Assembly: GCF_028066395.1 (NCBI RefSeq)
Contig: NZ_JALCBM010000003.1
Location: 9,703 to 73,702 of the forward strand
Length of the DNA: 64,000 nucleotides
From: Ruegeria sp.
GTDB taxonomy: Bacteria > Pseudomonadota > Alphaproteobacteria > Rhodobacterales > Rhodobacteraceae
Direction of reading: 5' to 3'
Position 1 is the first letter of the stretch. Every line of letters begins with the position of its first letter. Below, one piece after another: positions 46,554 to 58,324 of the stretch. The translations under genes and the position numbers were made by a program. Below the pieces are notes generated by a model that was not told the origin of the DNA, searched no databases, and was given only the letters and a program-made list of their open reading frames with translations.

Positions 46554-47168
46554 ATGACACTGACCGTAACCGATCTGGCCATCACCCGTGGCGGCATTCC
46601 TGTGCTCGAAGGGTTGAGCTTTACGCTGCCACCCGGCAAGGCCCTGATCCTGCGCGGCCCGAACGGGATCGGCAAGACCACGCTGCTGCGCACATTGGCG
46701 GGACTGCAGCCGCCGCTGACAGGCCGGATCGACGGCGCCGAAGACCAGATTGCCTACGCCTCGCACTCCGACGGGCTGAAACCGACCCTGACCGTGACCG
46801 AGAACCTGAGCTTCTGGGCCGCCGTCTTCGGCACGAAAGACATCCAACCGGCGCTGGACGCGTTTGCCCTGAATGAATTGTCGGACCGGCACGCAGGCAA
46901 TCTGTCCGCAGGGCAGAAACGCCGCCTTGGACTGGCGCGGATGTTGGTCACCGGACGGCCGATCTGGATGCTGGACGAACCCACCGTCTCGCTGGACAAA
47001 AACGCGGTGCAGATGTTCGCCGACGCGGTGCGCGCGCATCTGGGGCAGGGCGGATCGGCCCTGATCGCCACCCATATCGACCTCGGCCTCGACGGAGAGG
47101 TTCTGGATGTCGGCCCCAACAAGGCGAAACCCAAACCCATCGACGATTTCGACGGAGGCTTCCTGTGA
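46554..47168 (+). CDS. ccmA: Heme exporter ATPase CcmA
   Basis: [17 protein letters not shown] and WMLDEP motifs; ccm context. Confidence 0.96.
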   Translation: MTLTVTDLAITRGGIPVLEGLSFTLPPGKALILRGPNGIGKTTLLRTLAGLQPPLTGRIDGAEDQIAYASHSDGLKPTLTVTENLSFWAAVFGTKDIQPALDAFALNELSDRHAGNLSAGQKRRLGLARMLVTGRPIWMLDEPTVSLDKNAVQMFADAVRAHLGQGGSALIATHIDLGLDGEVLDVGPNKAKPKPIDDFDGGFL

Positions 47169-47821
47169 TCGCCCTGCTGCTGCGCGACCTGAAACTGGCC
47201 TTCCGTGCGGGCGGCGGGTTCGGTCTTGGGCTGGCCTTCTTCCTGATCGTCACGGTGCTGGTGCCCTTCTCGGTCGGCCCGCAATCGTCGCTGCTGTCCA
47301 CCATCGCGCCGGGCGTGCTGTGGCTGGGGGCGCTGCTGGCTTGCCTGCTGTCGCTGGACCGCCTGCTGGCGCTGGATTGGGAGGACGGCTCGCTCGACCT
47401 GCTCGCCACCGCGCCGCTGCCGCTGGAAGCCGTGGTCACGATCAAGGCGCTGGCCCATTGGCTGACCACCGGCCTGCCGCTGGTTCTGGCCGCCCCGTTT
47501 CTGGGCGTGCTGCTGAACCTGCCGGCACCCGGTTTCGCATGGCTGGTGATCTCGCTACTGATCGGCACCCCGGCGATGAGCGTCATCGGAACCTTCGGCG
47601 CGGCCCTCACCGTGGGCCTCAAACGCGGTGGGCTGCTGCTGTCGCTGCTGGTGCTGCCGCTGTATGTCCCAACCCTGATCTTCGGGGCCGAGGTCGCCCG
47701 GCGTGGGGCCACGGGCATGGAAACACAAACCCCACTGCTCATGCTGGCCGGGATCACCGCCGCCACCGTGGCACTTTTGCCCTTTGCCAGCGCCGCCGTT
47801 TTGCGCATCAATCTTCGGTAG
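47165..47821 (+). CDS. ccmB: Heme exporter permease CcmB
   Basis: DWEDGSLD and [13 protein letters not shown] motifs; GTGA overlap with ccmA. Confidence 0.96.
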   Translation: MIALLLRDLKLAFRAGGGFGLGLAFFLIVTVLVPFSVGPQSSLLSTIAPGVLWLGALLACLLSLDRLLALDWEDGSLDLLATAPLPLEAVVTIKALAHWLTTGLPLVLAAPFLGVLLNLPAPGFAWLVISLLIGTPAMSVIGTFGAALTVGLKRGGLLLSLLVLPLYVPTLIFGAEVARRGATGMETQTPLLMLAGITAATVALLPFASAAVLRINLR

Positions 47822-47833
47822 GGTGATCAAACT

Positions 47834-47847
47834 TTGACTGAGGTCAA
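47834..47847 (+). promoter_or_regulatory. FnrL/CRP-FNR-type box upstream of ccmC
   Basis: Perfect palindrome TTGAC-TGAG-GTCAA, matching TTGAY-N4-RTCAA. Confidence 0.72.
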
Positions 47848-47882
47848 TTGAGAACAACCAAGACTCGGACTAGATAGGGCCC

Positions 47883-48656
47883 ATGTCAATCGCAGCCAAA
47901 GCCAACGCCCTCTGGGAATACGCCAACCCCAGAAAATTCCTCGCCACCAGCGAGCGTGTCTTGCCGTTCTTCTGGATCACGTCGGGGGCCTGTCTGGTCG
48001 TCGGTCTGGTCTGGGGCTTTTTCTTCACGCCGGATGATTACAAGCAGGGCTCGACCGTCAAGATCATCTATCTGCATGTGCCCGCGGCCCTGATGGCGAT
48101 CAATTGCTGGCTGATGATGCTGGCCACTTCGCTGGTTTGGCTGGTGCGCCGCCACCATGTCAGCGCGCTGGCAGCCCGCGCCGCAGCCCCCATCGGCATC
48201 GTGATGACCCTGATCGCATTGGCGACCGGAGCGATCTGGGGTCAACCCATGTGGGGCACATGGTGGGCCTGGGACCCGCGCCTGACCTCATTCCTGATCC
48301 TGTTCCTGTTCTACCTTGGCTATGTCGCCCTGTGGGAGGCGATCGAGGACTCGGATACCGCCGCCGATCTGACCTCGGTCCTGTGTCTGGTGGGCTCGGT
48401 CTTTGCCATCCTCAGCCGCTATGCGGTGAATTTCTGGAATCAGGGCCTGCATCAGGGCGCATCGGTCATGCGGGCAGGGGCCATCACCGGCACGGATACC
48501 GAAGAGAAGGTCTCCAACATCTATTTCTATCCGCTGCTGCTGTGCATCGTGGGCTTTGTGCTGCTGTTCATCGCGCTGGTGCTGTATCGCACCGGCACAG
48601 AAATTCGCGCGCGCCGGATCAAGGCGCTGCTGACGCGGGAAAGGGTGAACGGATGA
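47883..48656 (+). CDS. ccmC: Heme exporter/chaperone CcmC
   Basis: IYLHVP, WGQPMWGTWWAWDPRLTS (WWD motif) and LHQ. Confidence 0.97.
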   Translation: MSIAAKANALWEYANPRKFLATSERVLPFFWITSGACLVVGLVWGFFFTPDDYKQGSTVKIIYLHVPAALMAINCWLMMLATSLVWLVRRHHVSALAARAAAPIGIVMTLIALATGAIWGQPMWGTWWAWDPRLTSFLILFLFYLGYVALWEAIEDSDTAADLTSVLCLVGSVFAILSRYAVNFWNQGLHQGASVMRAGAITGTDTEEKVSNIYFYPLLLCIVGFVLLFIALVLYRTGTEIRARRIKALLTRERVNG

Positions 48657-48811
48657 TCCCTGATCTGGGTAAATATGCCGATACGGTGCTGTGGTCCTAT
48701 GTTGTGTCCATTGGTCTGCTGATCGTTCTTGTCGGGTTCAGCGTGATCCGGGGCCGCAAGGTGCGGGCCGAGATGGAAAAGGTCGAACAGAGGATGACGC
48801 GCAATGGCTAA
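48653..48811 (+). CDS. ccmD: Heme exporter protein CcmD
   Basis: MIPDLGKYADTVLWSY + TM + basic tail; ATGA overlap with ccmC. Confidence 0.92.
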   Translation: MIPDLGKYADTVLWSYVVSIGLLIVLVGFSVIRGRKVRAEMEKVEQRMTRNG

Positions 48812-49346
48812 GATCTCGCCCCTGATGATTGCGCCGCCGCTGATATTCGGAGCTTTCGCGGTATTGGCAGGCATCGGCATGTTTCGCGATGATCCCAATG
48901 CGCTGCCTTCTGCGCGCGAGGGGCAATCGGCCCCGCCGGTCGTTCTGACGGATTTCGCAGGCAAACCCGGCTTTGATGACGCGACGCTGCGCGATGGGCA
49001 GGTCAAGCTGGTCAACTACTGGGCCAGCTGGTGCGCGCCCTGCCGTGTTGAACACCCCAATCTGCAGGCGCTGGCGGACGAAGGCATCCCGGTCTATGGC
49101 ATCAATTACAAGGACCAGTTGGACAATGCCCAAGGCTTTCTGACCGAACTGGGCGATCCTTATGCCGGTATCGGCAGGGATGAACAGGGGCGCATGGGGC
49201 TGGACTGGGGCGTCTACGGCGTGCCCGAGACCTATGTGATCGATGGCGACGGTACGATCATTCTGCGCTTTGCCGGGCCGATCACCCAGCGCGTTATCGA
49301 AGGCACCATCCGCCCGGCGCTGGAAAAAGCCGCAGGCGGTTCATAA
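48804..49346 (+). CDS. ccmG: Thiol:disulfide interchange protein CcmG/DsbE
   Basis: NYWASWCAPCRVEHP, GINYKD and GVYGVPETY motifs. Confidence 0.96.
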   Translation: MAKISPLMIAPPLIFGAFAVLAGIGMFRDDPNALPSAREGQSAPPVVLTDFAGKPGFDDATLRDGQVKLVNYWASWCAPCRVEHPNLQALADEGIPVYGINYKDQLDNAQGFLTELGDPYAGIGRDEQGRMGLDWGVYGVPETYVIDGDGTIILRFAGPITQRVIEGTIRPALEKAAGGS

Positions 49347-50033
49347 GCGATAGCCGCCGGTGACACCCAAAACCTCTCCGGTGATGAATCCCGCCGCATC
49401 CGAGGCCAGAAAGCGCACCACTTTGGCGATATCGTCGGGCGCGCCCACCCGGCCCAACGCCGTATCCTTGACGAACAACTCGGTCAGATCATCGGGGCGC
49501 GGGGCCTCGGGGATGTTGATGGCACCCGGGGCCACCGCGTTGACGCGAATGCCTTCGGGACCCAACTCTTTGGCCATGGCACGAGTCCACAGGTTCAGCG
49601 CCGCCTTGCTGGCCCCATAGGTCGCCGCATCACGCGGCGGCAGAACCGCGTTCATGGATGAGATGCTGACAATCGACGTCCCCCGCTTCAGATGCGGCAG
49701 CGCCGCCGCCAGCAGCGCCATCGGAGCCAGCAGGTTGAGGTCCAATACCGCCCGATGCGCCTCGGCCTCGAACCGCTCTTTCGGGGTCGAACGGACCAGT
49801 CCGGCATTGTTCACGATCACATCCAGTCGCCCGAACCGCTCGATCACCTGATCGACCACCGCCCCGGCCTGACCCTCCTGCGTCAGATCAGAGCGTAAGG
49901 CCAAAGCGCCCTGCATGGCTTCGGGTTCCGAAGTCAACCAGGTGAACGCAACCTGATGATCGCGGCACAGGTCTTCGACAATTGCCCGCCCGATTCCGCG
50001 CGCGCCACCTGTTATCAATGCGACTTTGTCCAT
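49341..50033 (-). CDS. Short-chain dehydrogenase/reductase
   Basis: TGGARGIG, NNAG, YGASK and IRVNAVAPG motifs; start MDKVALIT after GGAGGTGAGG. Confidence 0.93.
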   Translation of the reverse strand: MDKVALITGGARGIGRAIVEDLCRDHQVAFTWLTSEPEAMQGALALRSDLTQEGQAGAVVDQVIERFGRLDVIVNNAGLVRSTPKERFEAEAHRAVLDLNLLAPMALLAAALPHLKRGTSIVSISSMNAVLPPRDAATYGASKAALNLWTRAMAKELGPEGIRVNAVAPGAINIPEAPRPDDLTELFVKDTALGRVGAPDDIAKVVRFLASDAAGFITGEVLGVTGGYRL

Positions 50034-50079
50034 CCTCACCTCCACGCACCAACAGATCGGGAAAACCGCGCAATGACAA

Positions 50080-50124
50080 CTTCTTCTGTTCAAAAATACC
50101 TCGGAGCGCGAGGCAGAGCCTCGC
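50080..50124 (+). repeat. Dispersed intergenic repeat, copy 3
   Basis: CTTCTTCTGTTCAAAAATACCTCGGAGC followed by the hairpin GCGAGGC-AGA-GCCTCGC. Confidence 0.75.
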
Positions 50125-50131
50125 ACAAATC

Positions 50132-50156
50132 AAAAGGGCACCCGTGGGTGCCCTTT
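50132..50156 (-). terminator. Terminator downstream of acnA
   Basis: AAAGGGCACCC-GT-GGGTGCCCTTT inverted repeat. Confidence 0.8.
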
Positions 50157-50182
50157 CAAAACGATCAGGGATAAGGGCGACC

Positions 50183-52873
<2,691 letters not shown>

Positions 52874-53101
52874 CTGTGGCCTCCCTCTCAAATGACGTGG
52901 AATATGGGATTCGCTGTGCGCTAGATGCATCACCCGTGGCCATGGTTCAAGGTCCAACCGGCCAGGTGCGGCATTTTTTGTATACCATTGCACACATTTT
53001 TATTGAATGGAACTGAAACTGGTCTCAAGAAACATTGATTGGTGGGTGAAGCGATCTCTGGTTAGGTTGAAGCCATCGCCCAATCAGATCGAGAACCCGC
53101 C

Positions 53102-53800
53102 ATGTTCAAACCCGCCGCCATTGCGCTTGCCACCATGCTTCTTGCCTCAACTGCCCACGCCGATTCTGACCCGGTTGTGGTCGAGTTGTTTACCTCGCAA
53201 GGCTGTTCGTCCTGCCCTCCGGCGGATCGGATCATGCATGAGCTGGCGCAACGTGACGATGTCATCGGTCTGGCGCTGCATGTGGATTACTGGGATTATA
53301 TCGGCTGGAAGGATGAATACGCCAACCCCGATCACACCCTGCGTCAGCGTGCTTATGCGCGGGAAGGCGGGCGGAGCATGATCTATACGCCGCAGATGGT
53401 GATCAATGGGCAGCAGGATGTGGTCGGCGCCAAGGAGCATGATCTTGAGCGGATCATCAACGCCCATCTGACCGCCGCGCCAGAGGCCGAGGTGCGCGCG
53501 GTGCGTGCAGGCGACGAGATCACCGTTGATGTGATGCCGGTGGAACTGCCGGAAGGGCAGAGCTATGACGTGCGCGTCGTGCAGTATTCGCCGATGCGCC
53601 ATGCCTCGATCCGGCGCGGAGAGCTGGCCGGGCACGAGTTGGATTATGCCAATGTCGTGGAGGGCTGGCAGTTGGCCGGACAGTGGGACGGGGTCGCGCC
53701 GCAACAGTTCACCGCCACTTTGTCTGGTGACCTGCCCGCGGTGGTCCTGATCCAGCGGATCGGGCACGGGCCGATTGTGGCGGCAGCGCACGTCAAATAA
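53102..53800 (+). CDS. DUF1223 secreted thioredoxin-like protein
   Basis: Signal peptide; VELFTSQGCSSCPPAD, HVDYWDYIGWKD and YTPQMVING motifs. Confidence 0.93.
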   Translation: MFKPAAIALATMLLASTAHADSDPVVVELFTSQGCSSCPPADRIMHELAQRDDVIGLALHVDYWDYIGWKDEYANPDHTLRQRAYAREGGRSMIYTPQMVINGQQDVVGAKEHDLERIINAHLTAAPEAEVRAVRAGDEITVDVMPVELPEGQSYDVRVVQYSPMRHASIRRGELAGHELDYANVVEGWQLAGQWDGVAPQQFTATLSGDLPAVVLIQRIGHGPIVAAAHVK

Positions 53801-53809
53801 GCGGGAAGA

Positions 53810-54733
53810 TCAGGGCATGTCGCTGGGCTGAACGCCCAGCCCGTTCCAGGATTTCCAGCGGCGGTGAATCCAGAACCACTGTCCCATATGCTGGCGCACC
53901 ATCGCCTCAAGATCGTCATTGGTGAACTGCGTCATGGTTTTGGCGTCGGTATGCGGGACCGGGTCGTGCAGCACGATCTCGAAATCGATCCCGTTGGGCT
54001 GACGCACCGCGTAGCAAGGGATCAGCTCGGCCTTGTATTTGATCGCAAGCTCTGCATTCAGCACCGAGGTCACGGCGGGTTTGTCGAAGAACGTCAGTTC
54101 CTCGCCACCTTGTGCATGCAGATCCGAGACGATGGCGATGATGCCGCCGCTTTTCAGCGCGCGGACCATTTCAACCATGCCACGGCGGCCCTGTTCGAAC
54201 ATCGGTGCGCCGGTTTCGTAGAACGCCTCGACATACATGTCGTTGAAATAGGGGTTGGCCATGCGGCGATAGAGGCAGCCGATGGGGGCACCACTGCGGG
54301 CTTGCAGGGCAACGCGCGCGGCCAGGTAATGGCCGAAATGCGCCGTGATCATCATCACCGGACGTCCCTCGGCCACTGCCTTGTCAAAGGCTTCGATACC
54401 GGGGCCCGAGATTTTGGCATTGCTCTGCCGGTCGATGAACCCCTCAGAGGAGAAATGCTCCATGATCGCGCGGCCCGCATTGTCGGGAACCGCGCGGCAG
54501 ATGCGCTTGATCTCACCTTCGGGCAAATCCGGGCAGGTGAGTTTCAGGTTACGCCTTATGCGGGTGCGAAACCCGACCACGGGGGCCAATGTGCGCATGA
54601 TCGCCCCCATCGCATTGATGCGCCGTTCATAGGGCAACCGTCGCATCAGGCGGATCACGCCGCTTAGAACCAGATTGGCAACGTAGTATTTTCCAAGCTC
54701 AAATCGGCTCAGTTCCGACTTTTCTGCGGGCAT
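53810..54733 (-). CDS. Lipid A biosynthesis late acyltransferase (HtrB/LpxL family)
   Basis: TAHFGHY, YRRMANP, FFDKPA and QWFWIHRRWK motifs. Confidence 0.9.
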   Translation of the reverse strand: MPAEKSELSRFELGKYYVANLVLSGVIRLMRRLPYERRINAMGAIMRTLAPVVGFRTRIRRNLKLTCPDLPEGEIKRICRAVPDNAGRAIMEHFSSEGFIDRQSNAKISGPGIEAFDKAVAEGRPVMMITAHFGHYLAARVALQARSGAPIGCLYRRMANPYFNDMYVEAFYETGAPMFEQGRRGMVEMVRALKSGGIIAIVSDLHAQGGEELTFFDKPAVTSVLNAELAIKYKAELIPCYAVRQPNGIDFEIVLHDPVPHTDAKTMTQFTNDDLEAMVRQHMGQWFWIHRRWKSWNGLGVQPSDMP

Positions 54734-54847
54734 GGGGAGGACTCACCGGGTGTTGTGACACGAACCCAGACATACAGCCCCACTCTCTCGTTCACAAGGG
54801 TGTGCCTGCCGCGTGCGCTCCGGCGTTATTCTACGGGGCTGTCGGGC

Positions 54848-55942
54848 CTATTCCTCGTCCTCCTCTTCTTCGATCTGGATGATGGTGCCTGCATCCAGCA
54901 GGGTCCGAATGGCGGCAACGACCTCGGACATGGCGTTTTCGGCTTCGGATTGTTTGACCTTGCCACGCTCTGTCACTTCTTCGCGCAGGTTGTCGGCCAT
55001 GCGGCCCGAGATGTTGGACAGAAGGAATTCGACCACTACGCGATCCTCGTCCGAGGCGGCCCCGGCCATGGCGGCCACCAGAACGGGTTGGTCCACCTCA
55101 CGCAGGATGGCGGGCACATCGCGGGGCTGAATGCGGGTCGGGATATGGGCGAAGATGAAGATGGATTTGCGCACCGTGTCGGCGAAATCCGCATCCTCTT
55201 CATCCAGCGCGGTCAGCAGCCCGTCGCGTGTATTGGCGGCCGACTGGTTCAGAATCGCGCCCACCCGCGCGCCGGGGCCATCCTTGAAGGCCGGGGTGGG
55301 ACGTTGGTCCAGTTGCGCAGCCAGCGACCAGCCGATCCGCTCCACCGCCTCGGGCGTGACATTGGCGGTTTTCGACACCGCATAGGTGATCCGCCGCGCG
55401 GTGGGGCCGGGGAGTTGCCCCAACAACTGCGCCGCCTTGGCGGTTTCCAGTTTCGAGAGCATGACGGCGGCGACCTCGGTGCTTTCGGCCTGCGCCATTT
55501 CGGCCAGATCCTCAACCGCGATTTCGCGCAGGCGTTGCCAGGGGTCACCGATCTGGCGCACCCCGGCCACCTTGCGCAGCCGCGCCGCCGTGGCGGGAGC
55601 GATCTTGCCGTTCACCGCGTCCAGCGCGCCCGCCAGCCCATGGGGAAAGGCCAGCCCTACACTGTCCAATGCATCGGCAAATTCGCGGGCCACCGCATCC
55701 AGCGTGACCCGATCCACCAGTCCCATACGCCCCAGCTGATGGGTCAGCTGTTCCTGTAGCGGGTCTGGCAGTTCCTCCAGCGGAATATCGGCCCCTTCGT
55801 TCAGCAGCAGCCGCACGATTACGGCGGCTTTCTGCGTTCGGCTGAGCGTGCGGGGGATGACCTGAGGGGCGTCATCAACCTGTTCAATGCCCGAGGCCTG
55901 CGCCCCGGGTATCATCTGTACCAATGCGTTCGTGTCCTGCAT
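54848..55942 (-). CDS. fliG: Flagellar motor switch protein FliG-like
   Basis: QKAAVIV N-terminus, E...AAVMLSKL middle domain, IFIF, and LSNISGRMADNLREE torque-helix region. Confidence 0.82.
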   Translation of the reverse strand: MQDTNALVQMIPGAQASGIEQVDDAPQVIPRTLSRTQKAAVIVRLLLNEGADIPLEELPDPLQEQLTHQLGRMGLVDRVTLDAVAREFADALDSVGLAFPHGLAGALDAVNGKIAPATAARLRKVAGVRQIGDPWQRLREIAVEDLAEMAQAESTEVAAVMLSKLETAKAAQLLGQLPGPTARRITYAVSKTANVTPEAVERIGWSLAAQLDQRPTPAFKDGPGARVGAILNQSAANTRDGLLTALDEEDADFADTVRKSIFIFAHIPTRIQPRDVPAILREVDQPVLVAAMAGAASDEDRVVVEFLLSNISGRMADNLREEVTERGKVKQSEAENAMSEVVAAIRTLLDAGTIIQIEEEEDEE

Positions 55943-56010
55943 CTGCCTGTCATGCCAAGTTTCGCGTCATGGGGCAGAATAGGGACAAGCGGGTAAAGAA
56001 ACCCTGAACC

Positions 56011-56553
56011 TTAGTAGCTGTAAGTCAGCCCGGTCTGGATCGCTTCGCGCAGCGAGGCCTCGGCCCAGGTGCCTTCGCCGCCACGGGCCTTGATCTCGCG
56101 CCACTGTGCGATGGCCAGATCGGTTTTCCCTTCCGTGACAAAGCCTTGCCCCATATAGCTGCGGGCCAGAATATTGTCGGGATTGGCTTCGATGGCGTTT
56201 TCGTAGAAGGCATTCGCCAGTGCCAGCTCACCCATTTTGCGGTAGGTAAAGCCCCAATAGGTCATCACGCGGTCATCGTTTTGATCCATGACGCGCAGGA
56301 TGTCCTGGGCGTGCTCGTATTGCCCGTCATAGGCCAGTTCGCGCACCGCATCATACAGTTGATCTTCGCTGAAATTGGTTTTGTTCGGCTTGACGCATTT
56401 ACCGGCGGCTTCGTCAAAGACGCGGCCAAACAGGCATTTCTTGGTGGTGTTGGTCGGTTTCGGCGGGTTGTTGTCACCGCCGCCTGCTGCATGAACTACA
56501 GGTGCGAAGGCAAAAGCCTGAAGGGCAATTGCAGAAGCGAATACAAGGCGCAT
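56011..56553 (-). CDS. Secreted TPR protein with N-terminal two-Cys motif
   Basis: Signal peptide (VHA), CLFGRVFDEAAGKC, then TPRs (YWGFTYRKMG..AIEANPDNILARSYMGQG); GGAG RBS. Confidence 0.87.
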   Translation of the reverse strand: MRLVFASAIALQAFAFAPVVHAAGGGDNNPPKPTNTTKKCLFGRVFDEAAGKCVKPNKTNFSEDQLYDAVRELAYDGQYEHAQDILRVMDQNDDRVMTYWGFTYRKMGELALANAFYENAIEANPDNILARSYMGQGFVTEGKTDLAIAQWREIKARGGEGTWAEASLREAIQTGLTYSY

Positions 56554-56657
56554 TTTCCTACTCCGTTCTCGGGGCTGCTTTCAAAATCATAAGCGTGATC
56601 TCTGAAAAAGCTAACAGCTGGACCGTCGCTTTTATTCACAAGTAGGAAAGTTTTTCG

Positions 56658-56810
56658 TCAACTGCTGGTAAGTTTCATGCAGCTTTTGGTGTCACTGTCC
56701 CAGAATGTGCCTTCCGCGCAGGATTGGGTCTGTTTGGAATGCCCGCTGCAGGCCAGCCCGACTGAGGCGGTGTAGATCAGGGCCAATGCACAGATTAAAG
56801 TACGGATCAT
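56658..56810 (-). CDS. Small secreted Cys-containing peptide (50 aa, absent from ORF track)
   Basis: Manual translation MIRTLICALALIYTASVGLACSGHSKQTQSCAEGTFWDSDTKSCMKLTSS*; strong AGGAG RBS 7 nt upstream; hydrophobic signal peptide. Confidence 0.85.
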   Translation of the reverse strand: MIRTLICALALIYTASVGLACSGHSKQTQSCAEGTFWDSDTKSCMKLTSS

Positions 56811-56874
56811 GGTGTTTCTCCTGTGCGGAAAATGCAGCCCTAGACTATCCGATTATTGACGATCTGGCAAAAGA

Positions 56875-56906
56875 AAGGCCCGGTCTGCGGGATGCAGCCG
56901 GGCCTT
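56875..56906 (-). terminator. Terminator downstream of purB
   Basis: AAGGCCCGG ... CCGGGCCTT hairpin followed on the minus strand by a T-rich tail. Confidence 0.7.
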
Positions 56907-56930
56907 GCCTTCGGTGATGCTGGGTTTGGC

Positions 56931-58235
56931 TTAGTCGCCAAACACCCGTGCAAAGATCGTGTCGACATGTTTGGTGTGGTAGCCGAGGTCGAATTTCTCT
57001 TCGATTTCCTCAGCGCTCAGCGCGGCGGTGACTTCGGCGTCACCCAGAAGTTCGGTTTTGAAATCCTTGCCTTCTTCCCAGACCTTCATCGCGTTGCGTT
57101 GCACCAGACGATAGGCGTCTTCACGGCTGACACCGGCTTGCGTCAGGGCCAGCAGCACGCGCTGGCTCATCACCAGACCGCGGAATTTGTTCATGTTGGC
57201 CAGCATGTTGTCGGGATAGACGACCAGCTTGTCGATCACGCTGGTCAGGCGCGACAGGGCAAAATCCAGCGTGACGGTAGAGTCGGGGCCGATGTTACGC
57301 TCGACGGACGAGTGCGAGATGTCCCGTTCATGCCAGAGGGCCACGTTCTCCATCGCAGGCACCACAGCCATACGGACCAGACGCGCCAGACCGGTCAGGT
57401 TTTCGGTCAGCACCGGATTGCGCTTGTGCGGCATCGCGGATGAGCCCTTTTGACCTTTCGAGAAGAACTCTTCGGCCTCCAGTACCTCGGTCCGCTGCAT
57501 GTGGCGGATTTCGATGGCGATGTTTTCGATGCTGCTGGCGATGACACCCAGCGTGGCGAAAAACGCGGCGTGGCGGTCGCGGGGGATGACCTGCGTGCTG
57601 ATCGGTTCGGGCACCAGACCCAGTTGATCGCAGACATGTTCCTCGACGCGTGGGTCGATATTTGCGAAGGTACCGACCGCGCCGCTGATCGCACCGGTGG
57701 CAATCTCAGCGCGAGCGTCGCGCATGCGGGACAGGTTGCGGTCCATCTCGGCGTAGAAACGCGCGAAGGTCAGGCCCATGGTGGTCGGCTCCGCGTGGAT
57801 TCCGTGGCTGCGGCCGATGCGGACGGTTTCCTTATGCTCATAGGCGCGGCGTTTCAGGGCGGCCAGCAGACCTTCGAGATCGGCGATCAGGATGTCGGCG
57901 GCGCGGGTCAGTTGCACGTTGAAGCAGGTGTCCAGCACGTCGGAAGAGGTCATGCCCTGATGCACAAAGCGCGCCTCGTCGCTGCCGACATGTTCGGCCA
58001 GATGGGTCAGGAAGGCGATGACATCGTGTTTGGTGACAGCCTCGATCTCATCAATGCGGGCCACGTCGAATTCCACGTCCTTGGCTTTCCACACGGCCTG
58101 TGCGTTCTCGCGCGGGATCACGCCCAGATCGGCCATCGCATCGCAGGCATGGGCTTCGATCTCGTACCAGATGCGGAACTTGGTCTCGGGCGACCAGATG
58201 GCAACCATTTCGGGGCGGGAATAGCGGGGAATCAT
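56931..58235 (-). CDS. purB: Adenylosuccinate lyase
   Basis: MIPRYSR, HDVIAFL, GRSHGIHAEP and GSSAMPHKRNP motifs. Confidence 0.98.
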   Translation of the reverse strand: MIPRYSRPEMVAIWSPETKFRIWYEIEAHACDAMADLGVIPRENAQAVWKAKDVEFDVARIDEIEAVTKHDVIAFLTHLAEHVGSDEARFVHQGMTSSDVLDTCFNVQLTRAADILIADLEGLLAALKRRAYEHKETVRIGRSHGIHAEPTTMGLTFARFYAEMDRNLSRMRDARAEIATGAISGAVGTFANIDPRVEEHVCDQLGLVPEPISTQVIPRDRHAAFFATLGVIASSIENIAIEIRHMQRTEVLEAEEFFSKGQKGSSAMPHKRNPVLTENLTGLARLVRMAVVPAMENVALWHERDISHSSVERNIGPDSTVTLDFALSRLTSVIDKLVVYPDNMLANMNKFRGLVMSQRVLLALTQAGVSREDAYRLVQRNAMKVWEEGKDFKTELLGDAEVTAALSAEEIEEKFDLGYHTKHVDTIFARVFGD

Positions 58236-58324
58236 TGGCGGCAGCACCTTTTTGTGATTTGGCTTGAGGCGTTGGCGCGGGGTTTAAACGCCCCCGCGCA
58301 AGGGAACAAGACGCGAGTGTTGGG

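Noticed and set aside
46554-49346. Missing ccmE/F/H as a sign of a defective cytochrome c maturation system
   Set aside because: Split ccm loci are normal in Alphaproteobacteria; ccmI itself is elsewhere in this window.
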